Origin: Lachnospiraceae bacterium
GTDB taxonomy: Bacteria > Bacillota > Clostridia > Lachnospirales > Lachnospiraceae
DNA length: 64,000 nucleotides
Direction: 5' to 3'
Assembly: GCA_036343235.1 (NCBI GenBank)
Contig: JAZASQ010000002.1
Span: forward strand, 559-64,558
Under the pieces are notes generated by a model. That model made no database searches and was not told the DNA's origin. It saw nothing but the letters and a program-made list of their open reading frames with translations. A program made the translations under genes and the position numbers. Numbering within the stretch: the first letter of the stretch is position 1; the number at the start of each line of letters is the position of its first letter. This document shows, piece after piece, positions 56,552-64,000 of this stretch.

Positions 56552-56634
56552 ACCAGACTATTCTTCTTTCCGGGATCTGCACATCTGCCGGATTTTTTAT
56601 CTTCCATAATTCCGGTACTGGCGGCAGAAAGATT

Positions 56635-57507
56635 CTACACAATGATGCCCTTCAGATTCTCCATGATTGCACTCGCTACGCCATAGTCATTCATGGCATA
56701 GACATGCACGTGATTGATTCCGTTGGCGTAGAGGTCGATGATCTGGTCCGTCGCGTAAGCAATGCCTGCCTTCCTCATGGCGTCCGGGTCATCCCCGAAG
56801 CGGTCGACAATGGCCGTGAAACGGCGGGGCATGAAAGCATGGGAAAGATCCCGGGCCCGGATGACCTGCTTTGCGTTCGTAATCGGCATGATGCCGGGCA
56901 AGATAGGAACAGAAATTCCGGCCTCCCTTGCCTTGAAGAGGAAGGTAAAGAATACATTATTATCGAAAAACATCTGACTCGTCAGGAAGTCGGTGCCTGC
57001 GTCGCACTTCTTCTTCAGATTTGCAATGTCCTCGGACACATGAGAAGACTCCGGGTGGCACTCCGGATAGCAGGCTGCCCCGATTGTCATCTCAGGAGCT
57101 GCTTCTTTCACATAGGAGATGAGGTCGCTCGCATGGGCAAAGCCCCACTCGCTCTTGTCCGGAGCCTCCGCAGGGATATCTCCCCGCAGGGCCATGATAT
57201 GGGTGAGGCCCCGATTCTGCATTTCAGCCACATATCCTTCAATCTTTTCTCTGGGTGTTGACACGCAGGTAAGATGCGCCATGGCCGGCACGTCGTACTT
57301 CTTCTGGATGCCTTCCGCAATGTCGATCGTAAACTTCGACGTCCCGCCGCCTGCGCCGTAAGTCACGCTCATAAAGCTGGGACACAGAGAGGCAATATGA
57401 TCGGCCTTTTGCTGCACGCTTTCAAAGACCGCCTCTTTCTTGGGCGGGAAGACCTCGAAGGAGATTGTCGGTCGGTCGCTTCTGATTTCTGCCATAATAT
57501 CTTTCAT
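56635..57507 (-). CDS. metF: 5,10-methylenetetrahydrofolate reductase
   Basis: SFEVFPPK...SVTYGAGG...HLTC, the MTHFR family pattern. The start is set at ATG (MKDIM) with SD GGAG. A GTG at 57516 is also possible. Confidence 0.88.
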   Translation of the reverse strand: MKDIMAEIRSDRPTISFEVFPPKKEAVFESVQQKADHIASLCPSFMSVTYGAGGGTSKFTIDIAEGIQKKYDVPAMAHLTCVSTPREKIEGYVAEMQNRGLTHIMALRGDIPAEAPDKSEWGFAHASDLISYVKEAAPEMTIGAACYPECHPESSHVSEDIANLKKKCDAGTDFLTSQMFFDNNVFFTFLFKAREAGISVPILPGIMPITNAKQVIRARDLSHAFMPRRFTAIVDRFGDDPDAMRKAGIAYATDQIIDLYANGINHVHVYAMNDYGVASAIMENLKGIIV

Positions 57508-57594
57508 TACATTCACTCCATCTGAGCCAGGATTTCTACAACACCCCTCCTACAGAAATCTAAAAATCATCTTCAGGCGGGTTTCAGTTTCTAT

Positions 57595-57623
57595 ATTTTA
57601 AACAATATGCCGCCCATAGGCAA
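57595..57623 (-). promoter_or_regulatory. Candidate metF promoter with a repeat core in its spacer
   Basis: The minus strand reads TTGCCT, a 17-bp spacer, then TAAAAT. The spacer is ATGGGCGGCATATTGTT, which is copy C of the 14-nt core. Confidence 0.4.
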
Positions 57624-57892
57624 ACTTTTCCATTGCCCCTGCAACACAGAGAACCCTCTTCCATAGCAAATGCCGCCCATCGCCGGCTGCTGCAAAAGTT
57701 CAGGCTTGGAAAACAAGTCGCAGACACTAACAATTGAAACAAATGCCGCCCATTTTTCAGATGTCAGGCGGTCTGAAAATGCTGAGGATGGGCGGTATTT
57801 GCCCGGAATACCCCCCTGAGAGACAAGAATTCTTCTTATGACCTCCCGGCAGCGACACTGATGGGCGGTATTTGCCCCCTCCCCCTGCCCTT

Positions 57893-57935
57893 GAGACAAG
57901 AAATGAGCGGAGGACACGCGTTGCGTGTCATCCGC
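57893..57935 (-). terminator. Rho-independent terminator after the GltD-like oxidoreductase gene
   Basis: GCGGA-U-GACACGC-AAC-GCGUGUC-C-UCCGC followed by UCAUUUCUUGUCU. Confidence 0.6.
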
Positions 57936-57976
57936 CCGGAATCTCCGAAATCTGTATAATTCGAAGGCTTCAAGCC

Positions 57977-60826
57977 TTATTCAATCACCCCATCCGCCGT
58001 CTGCTTCGTCGGGTAGACATGCTTGCCGGTAGTCTTATATTTGATGATGGCTTTGGTCCTCTGGGGCATGTACTTTCCTATAGCCTTCATCATGCCTTCC
58101 GCAGCAACGAGGTCTGAGGAATGCGGCAGGTCGCGGGTCAGGTGAATGGCGTCGAACTCGCAGCGGGTCGTGCAGAGACCGCAGCCGATGCACTGGTTCA
58201 GGTCAACGACCGTAGCGCCGCACTTGAGGCAGCGATTTGCTTCCTTGTGAACCTGCTCCTCCGTGAGGGCAATGCGAAGGTCCTCATAGGACTTTCTCGG
58301 ATCTCCTTCCCTGTGGCCGATGGCCTGGCGCGGGCAGTTGTCGTAGCCTTCCGCATTCGGATCGATATCATCCCGGTCAAGCTCTATGAACTCGCGAAGG
58401 TCGCGGCCGATGGTCATGGACTGGCCCGGATGGACGAAGCGGTTGATGGATTGGGTCACGATGCGGGCGTTTCCGATGGCGTCAATGGCGAAGCGGGCTC
58501 CATGCTCTATGTCGCCGCCAGCGAAGATATCCGGCTCAGCGGTCTGCAGGGTGACAGGATCCGCCACAATGGTACCGCCCCGGCGCAGCTCGCACTTCGT
58601 GTTCTTGAGGAGGTCTCCCCATACAGCCGCCTGACCGATGGCCATGAGGACGTTGCCGCAGGGGATCTCCAGTGTATCAGACTCATCATACTGAGGATTG
58701 AAACGGCCGTCCGCGTCCTTGACCTGGGTACACTTCTTGAAGACGATGGTTGTGACATTCCCGGAGGCATCCTTCTTCACCTCCATCGGGCCCCAGCCGT
58801 TCTTCACTTCAATGCCCTCTTCTTCCGCCTCTGCAACTTCTGCTGCCGATGCAGGCATTTCTTTACGCTGCTCCAGGCAGAGCATAGTTACTTTGCCGTC
58901 CGTGGAACGAAGGGCAGCCCGGGCAACGTCGCAGGCTACGTTTCCGCCGCCGACTACGACGACGTCCCCGTTTAAACGGTGCTCGTGCTTTTCGTCATGG
59001 GCGAAGTCGGAAAGGAACTCGACGCCGGAAAGGACACCCTTGGCATCCTCGCCGGGAACGCCGGCCAGACGACCGCCCTGCAGACCGATGGCTACATAGA
59101 AGGCCTTGTAGCCCTGCTTGCGGAGTTCTTCAATCGTAACGTCTTTGCCGACCTCAACCCCGCAGCGGATTTCGGCCCCCATCTTCTCAATGACTTCGAT
59201 TTCGGCCTCAAGAGCCGTCTTATCGAGACGGAAAGAAGGGATACCGTTTAAGAGCATGCCGCCCGGCCGGTCCTGCTTCTCAAATACAGTGACCGGATAG
59301 CCCTCGAGCCGCAAGTAATAGGCTGCGGAAAGTCCCGCAGGGCCCGCCCCGATGATGGCAATCGGAAACTCCGTCCACTCATTTCCATCCATGTTCTCAC
59401 AGGGCAGAACGAACTTGTCTATATTCTTCGTCTCATAGAGGGAAAGGAACTTCTTGATGTCATCGATCGCGACAGGTGCGTCGACGAGACCTCTCGTACA
59501 CCGGTCCTCGCAGCGGCGGTTGCAGATGTCGCCGCAGACAGCCGGGAAGGGATTGTCCTTCCGGATCAGGGCGACGGCGTCCTCGTAGCGGCCGTCAGCC
59601 GCCATCTTGACATAGCCCTGAACGGCAATATGGGCCGGGCAGGCCGTCTTGCAGGGAGAGGTACCGGTCTCGTAGCAGTTTTCCTTGTTGTGATCCCGGT
59701 AATCCTTGTCCCACTTGTCCTCGCCCCAGGGCATATCGTCCGGAAGCTCATGCATCTCATAGACCTGCTTCGTGCCGTCCGCCTTGCAGAGTTTCCGGCC
59801 GAGCTTGGCCGCACCGGCCGGGCAGACCTCGACGCACTTGCCGCAGGCCACGCACTTCTCCGCCGTGACATGGGCGCGATAGGCGGAACGGGACATATTC
59901 GGCGTATTGAAGAGCTGGGATGTACGGAGGGCGTAGCAGGAGCCGGCGCTGCAGTTGCAGATACCTACAATACGGTCCGGCCCGTCGACGTTCGTAATCT
60001 CATGGACGTAACCCTTGCGCTCCGCCCGCTCTATGATCTCCTTGGCCTGTTCACGGGTAATATAATGCGCGTCTTTCCCTGACTCCACTAGGAACTCAGC
60101 GATGTCGCCGACGCCGATGCACATGTAGCCTTCGATATCGCCGACACCCTCGCCGCGGATCCGCTGGGCCTTCCGGCAGGCGCAGACCATGGTGCAGAAC
60201 TTGTCGTATTTATCAAGCCAGTGGGAAAGGTGCTCCGTGTCTACAGACCGGCTGGAAGGATCAATGGCCTTCTCGACAGGAATGACGTGCATGCCGAGGC
60301 CGGCTCCTCCGGGCGGTACCATCTTCGCTGCCCACTCCAGCGGTTCCTGGGGGGCGAAATTAAACATGGTCGCCACTTCCGGATGATCATCGGCAAGCGT
60401 CGGGTGCTCCATCATGTACTCGCCGTTGCCGACGACCCACTTGGGTACCCAGTACTGGATGTGCTGGTCGGGATTGTCCCGATTCTGCTCGAGGATGCCG
60501 ATCCAAAGCAGGTGGTCAATCATAGCCTGGGTCTTGTCAATCGGCATGTGGTTCATCTTCGAGAGCTCGGTCGTTGTATATCCGGTCCGAAGCTTTTTGA
60601 AGGAAAGCATGAACTTCGCCTCTTCCTTCGTCAGCATCCGGTCGAGGATCCAAAAGTCCATGTGGTTTTCATGCATGCCGCCCGGCATCTTGCGCGGAAT
60701 ATTGTCCGTGCACATGCGGGCAAGCTTCATGACAATCTCTTTTTTCTCCGGATCATCACAATGGTAGTCTTCAAGCGGGAAGTCCCGTTCGTTTACGTGA
60801 ATGTTTGGATTTACTTCACGCGGCAT
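57977..60826 (-). CDS. Large FAD/NAD(P)-dependent oxidoreductase with multiple 4Fe-4S clusters (GltD/AegA/YgfK-like)
   Basis: Central GltD-like module (IAIIGAGPAGLSAAYYL...VVVVGGGNVACD). Several CxxCxxCxxxC ferredoxin motifs lie N- and C-terminal to it. 949 aa. Confidence 0.75.
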   Translation of the reverse strand: MPREVNPNIHVNERDFPLEDYHCDDPEKKEIVMKLARMCTDNIPRKMPGGMHENHMDFWILDRMLTKEEAKFMLSFKKLRTGYTTTELSKMNHMPIDKTQAMIDHLLWIGILEQNRDNPDQHIQYWVPKWVVGNGEYMMEHPTLADDHPEVATMFNFAPQEPLEWAAKMVPPGGAGLGMHVIPVEKAIDPSSRSVDTEHLSHWLDKYDKFCTMVCACRKAQRIRGEGVGDIEGYMCIGVGDIAEFLVESGKDAHYITREQAKEIIERAERKGYVHEITNVDGPDRIVGICNCSAGSCYALRTSQLFNTPNMSRSAYRAHVTAEKCVACGKCVEVCPAGAAKLGRKLCKADGTKQVYEMHELPDDMPWGEDKWDKDYRDHNKENCYETGTSPCKTACPAHIAVQGYVKMAADGRYEDAVALIRKDNPFPAVCGDICNRRCEDRCTRGLVDAPVAIDDIKKFLSLYETKNIDKFVLPCENMDGNEWTEFPIAIIGAGPAGLSAAYYLRLEGYPVTVFEKQDRPGGMLLNGIPSFRLDKTALEAEIEVIEKMGAEIRCGVEVGKDVTIEELRKQGYKAFYVAIGLQGGRLAGVPGEDAKGVLSGVEFLSDFAHDEKHEHRLNGDVVVVGGGNVACDVARAALRSTDGKVTMLCLEQRKEMPASAAEVAEAEEEGIEVKNGWGPMEVKKDASGNVTTIVFKKCTQVKDADGRFNPQYDESDTLEIPCGNVLMAIGQAAVWGDLLKNTKCELRRGGTIVADPVTLQTAEPDIFAGGDIEHGARFAIDAIGNARIVTQSINRFVHPGQSMTIGRDLREFIELDRDDIDPNAEGYDNCPRQAIGHREGDPRKSYEDLRIALTEEQVHKEANRCLKCGATVVDLNQCIGCGLCTTRCEFDAIHLTRDLPHSSDLVAAEGMMKAIGKYMPQRTKAIIKYKTTGKHVYPTKQTADGVIE

Positions 60827-60936
60827 TTCCTATTCCCCCTTTTGATTCATGAATAATGTAAAACCCCGTCTCTTTCTCTGTCGGAAGTTTTATTCGGCCG
60901 TCTCCGGATGCCTCATCGGAAATAGCCCCTGCCGGC

Positions 60937-60981
60937 AAAAAGAAAAACGCAGGAAACTAAATATATTGTACCAAGTTTCCT
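60937..60981 (-). terminator. Terminator hairpin after the 662-aa membrane protein gene
   Basis: AGGAAACU...AGUUUCCU stem with U-rich tracts on both strands. Confidence 0.55.
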
Positions 60982-61014
60982 GTATTTTTTCAACAAAGGC
61001 GGATTATTGTCTGC

Positions 61015-63003
61015 TCAACGCACGGCAAAAATATAGAAGAGCCCGTCAAAAAACACCTTTTCAAATGTGACGGTATCGTCAGAATATGAAGATATATCCT
61101 GTGATGTAAAAACATAGGATATACCAAGCTTACGGATATCCTCCGTTGTCAGTTTCACCCGGAAAGTGTCAATGGAATTATCGAGTGCGAACTTCTTCCC
61201 GTCTTCTATCTCATCTGCCGGGACAATATCCATGTAGACATGGGCATAGCGATTGTAGATGGGCTCGTACTGCCCGGTCGGATCCAGTTTCTGCCACAGT
61301 CCCATGTTCGGATAGGTGTTTGTTCCGTTGAGAGTCGGCGCCCCCATCATAAGGGGATAGTTCAATGTCGGATAGTTGATGCCGTTGCCGGAAATCCACT
61401 TTGCCTCCGGTTCAGCTTCAACGAGAAACGTGACTTCTTTGGCAAGATCCGTTCCGTAGATGCCGCCGATGCCCTGCTGCAGAGGGTTGACAAATGTCCC
61501 GCAGAGCAAGGCCGTACCCACGGCAAGGGCGCAGGCAGCGCTTCCGGAAACGGCTGTCGCTTTGGCACTCGTCATGAAAGCATAGAAAATGAAAGCCAGA
61601 AATGCCGCAAAAAGCAGCAGGGCCAGATGCCACGCCCTTGAAGGAGTAATAAAATCCGTCCCGTAAACAGCCACCGACCCCTGGACAAGAATTACGGAAA
61701 GAGCCGCCGAAAGACCGACCGCAAGAGGCCCGACAAAAAGCGGAGGCTTTATATTATTCTCATTCCTCCTCATCTGCCGGATTCCGGAAACGGAATACAG
61801 GAGAAGAATAATATCAAGAAAAGAAAGTATGACTGCAGCCCGGATTCCGCCCGACTTCGAAAGCAATGTGGCGCTGGCCAGCGGCGCAGGAAGGCCGATA
61901 GAAATATAAGCTGCAAGAAGGGCATAGACAGCAAGCAGCAGAATACCCGGAAGGTCCTTTCCCTTCTTCCTGATCAGAAAATATACCGTCAGAATCAGGC
62001 CCAGCGGGGCAAAAGAGAAAAAGAGGGCATCATCGCTGACATTCATGACAGGAACGGCATGAATGTCGCTCCTGGGGAAGAATATATTGCCGGGATAGAA
62101 GAAAAACATCTTCGCATAGCCGCCCCCGGTAACCACGCGCTTTCCGGGATAGACCGTATTCATAACCAGGCGGATGGACTCCCCCGACTTCCGGACAATG
62201 GCCGCCATGCAGGCAAAAAGCCCTGCAAGGGCAATGACCCAGCTGCCGATATCCCTGGCTTTCGGTGAGAAATCCCGGCGATTCTCCGCAATGACCCATA
62301 TAAAGACAGCAAGAAAGACATAGGCGAGGGGGATCATCCAGGCCGGATACAGGGTCAGGGCATAACAGCCGGCGCTCCAGGCAATGACTGCCGCATACCC
62401 CGCCCTCTTCGCAAAGGCGCCTTCCCGCATGAGCTTGTCCGCGCATAGGATGATAACTTCCCCGAAAATCAGCATTTCCACGAAGGCATTGATGGCAAAC
62501 CACCACTGGACCGCGGGGGAAAAGGCGACAAGAAGAGCCCCGCCCAGGGAGAGAAAATAATCATTCTTCGTCAGCAGGCGGAAGAAATCAAAAGATACAA
62601 GAATGAGAAAAACAAGCCTGGCACACCAGAAGAAGGACAGGCCCCGCTCCATGCCGAAGATCAGATAGCCGATGAGAAAGGGATGAAAAATTATTGCCGG
62701 CGTCCTGACAGGCAGGGAGTAGACCATGAAGACATCGGTATTCCCGCCCCGGATGATATATGAAAACCAGGAAAAGGGGTGCTCTCCCCGGGCCTGGGAC
62801 AGGGTCATGGGTGTGAGACAGCCCCACTCGTCTATGCGGATATCCCGGGCTTCCCCGGCGATGAGTCCCGTATCCTCATAGGGAGGCGAACAGACACTCC
62901 ACAGGGAAAAAGAGGACCCATTGATATTGAAGGCTACGCCCAGGATAATCAGGACAAGGGCAATTACCAGGCGACAGCGGACTATTTTTTCAATGACTTT
63001 CAT
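61015..63003 (-). CDS. Polytopic membrane protein, probable GT-C-type glycosyltransferase
   Basis: More than 12 TM helices. An acidic IRIDEW motif sits in the first external loop. The C-terminal domain is soluble. It lies downstream of a GtrB-like GT2 remnant. Confidence 0.5.
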   Translation of the reverse strand: MKVIEKIVRCRLVIALVLIILGVAFNINGSSFSLWSVCSPPYEDTGLIAGEARDIRIDEWGCLTPMTLSQARGEHPFSWFSYIIRGGNTDVFMVYSLPVRTPAIIFHPFLIGYLIFGMERGLSFFWCARLVFLILVSFDFFRLLTKNDYFLSLGGALLVAFSPAVQWWFAINAFVEMLIFGEVIILCADKLMREGAFAKRAGYAAVIAWSAGCYALTLYPAWMIPLAYVFLAVFIWVIAENRRDFSPKARDIGSWVIALAGLFACMAAIVRKSGESIRLVMNTVYPGKRVVTGGGYAKMFFFYPGNIFFPRSDIHAVPVMNVSDDALFFSFAPLGLILTVYFLIRKKGKDLPGILLLAVYALLAAYISIGLPAPLASATLLSKSGGIRAAVILSFLDIILLLYSVSGIRQMRRNENNIKPPLFVGPLAVGLSAALSVILVQGSVAVYGTDFITPSRAWHLALLLFAAFLAFIFYAFMTSAKATAVSGSAACALAVGTALLCGTFVNPLQQGIGGIYGTDLAKEVTFLVEAEPEAKWISGNGINYPTLNYPLMMGAPTLNGTNTYPNMGLWQKLDPTGQYEPIYNRYAHVYMDIVPADEIEDGKKFALDNSIDTFRVKLTTEDIRKLGISYVFTSQDISSYSDDTVTFEKVFFDGLFYIFAVR

Positions 63004-63036
63004 CAGGACAAGCTTCTCTCTTCAAAAGTACAAAAC

Positions 63037-63675
63037 TCACTGCCTGCGGCAGCCGGATTTCTTCAGCAGTTCTTCCTTTCTCTCTCTCGCCCACTGCAAT
63101 TCCATTTCAAAGTCCTGTCTGTTTTTCCAGGTCATCGTATTTAGCATTGTACCGGTGAAGAGAGCCTGTATGCCGGTAATGATGGAGAAACCGCAGACAA
63201 TCAGGGTCGGGAAGCGATCGACAAAGCCGGTGAAAAAGTACTCCGCCAGCACAGGAATCATGAAACCGATACCAAGTGCGAAAAGAACTGCGGACAGTAT
63301 TCCGAAATATCTCATAGGCCGGTAAGTACGAAAGAGCCTGCCAATCGTCCCGATGACCTTAAAGCCGTCCGAAAAGGTATTGAGTTTTGATACGGAACCG
63401 GCAGGCCTATCGCGGTACTGAATGACGACATTCTCAATCGACATATTCTTGTCGGCCGCATGTATAGACATCTCTGTCTCAATTTCAAAGCCCTTGGACA
63501 GGACCGAAAACGTCTTCACAAATTCATAAGACATGGCCCGGTAGCCTGTCATGATATCCCGGATCTGGATGCCGAAAAGCGAGTTAATGCTGGACCAGAC
63601 CAAGGAATTTCCCGCATTGTGGAAGGGGCGTTTGTTTTCGAGGCTTCGGGCATGATTGTGGGTAAAACCCAGGCC
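63037..63675 (-). pseudogene. 5'-truncated family-2 glycosyltransferase (GtrB/polyprenyl-phosphate glycosyltransferase-like)
   Basis: Only the C-terminal part is present: ENKRPFHNAGNSLVWSSINSLFGIQIRDIMTGYRAMSYEFVKTF...GFEIETEM plus two C-terminal TM helices. The frame closes at an in-frame TGA (63676-63678). No N-terminal catalytic half lies upstream. Confidence 0.6.
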
Positions 63676-63865
63676 TCAAACTACAAGTAAATATTGAAAA
63701 GCCATTCCGGCTTCTGTAAAGTATCAGCGACCAAACATCAACGATACAGAAAGGATCGGAATGGCTTCAGCTAATACTGTATTGAAAAAACTTATCAATG
63801 TCAACGAAGTTGTTGTAGAATTGTATTATTTTTTGTTTTACAGAATAGAAAAATTCGCCAAAGAT

Positions 63866-64000
63866 TCAGGCCTTTGCCTTCTGTGCCCGAATCCGGCCCG
63901 GAATGCTTACCACAAGCTTCACAAGCAGATGAATGAGATAAGACTCAAGTATAACGGCAACAATCGTAAAAAGCAGCACCGCCGTCTTTTTCCGGAAGGA
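63866..64000 (-). CDS. 3' end of an unidentified membrane-protein gene (5' part outside the window)
   Basis: The frame is open from the window edge, with 44 codons ending ...VILESYLIHLLVKLVVSIPGRIRAQKAKA*. It contains a hydrophobic helix. It is too short to classify. Confidence 0.3.
   Translation of the reverse strand, partial: SFRKKTAVLLFTIVAVILESYLIHLLVKLVVSIPGRIRAQKAKA

Noticed and set aside
55594-56686. Three plus-strand ORFs (123, 343 and 224 aa) translating the 52-bp array as a 'repeat protein'.
   Set aside because: The 52-nt period is not divisible by 3, so the same DNA simply stays open in all three plus frames. The ORFs then continue antisense into the real activation-domain gene. 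No SD or sensible start is present.
57508-57976. SAM-I (S-box) riboswitch expected upstream of metF.
   Set aside because: A UUCUUGU...AUAAGAA pairing superficially resembles P1. The conserved S-box core strings are absent, and UUCUUGUCUC is better explained as the U-tail of the upstream terminator and part of a direct repeat.

Overview
About 64 kb of chromosome from a moderately GC-rich Firmicute; gene content looks Clostridia-like. GC content was judged by eye, not computed. I call about 55 protein genes, mostly on the minus strand, and one tRNA-Gly(GCC). There is no rRNA, no CRISPR array, and no intact IS element or prophage.

Gene content:
- **Butyryl-CoA cluster:** thl-hbd-bcd-etfB-etfA, with a near-consensus clostridial Rex operator upstream of thl. 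No crotonase gene lies in the window.
- **Tightly packed string:** thyA-folA-ilvB-ilvN plus a SleB-type cell-wall hydrolase.
- **Chemoreceptors:** two, one of which is a soluble MCP fused to a C-terminal sugar-binding (PBP1) domain.
- **Methionine operon:** metF, a stand-alone MetH activation-domain gene, then metH.
- **Other housekeeping genes:** ileS, glgP, clpX, typA, dapA, dapB, pncB, a phosphosugar mutase, thrH, a csp gene, a UvrA paralog, a P1B-type ATPase, a CDF transporter and an Mrp/ApbC protein.

Features not explained by ordinary annotation:
1. A 52-bp tandem array (5.3 copies) sits inside the met operon.
2. The roughly 460-bp region upstream of metF is repeat-dense, carries five copies of a 14-nt core in both orientations, and has no recognisable S-box.
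3. An ATGCAT-containing heptad array with 30-bp inverted arms lies between thl and hbd.
4. A 2-kb integrase-less islet lies at the 3' end of tRNA-Gly. It is bounded by an 18-bp duplication of the tRNA 3' end and carries relE/phd and hicAB modules.
5. A TTTACATTAGTCATGAAGGAG-like leader motif recurs directly upstream of several unrelated start codons.

All functional calls come from reading the translated ORFs and the DNA by eye. No database search was run.
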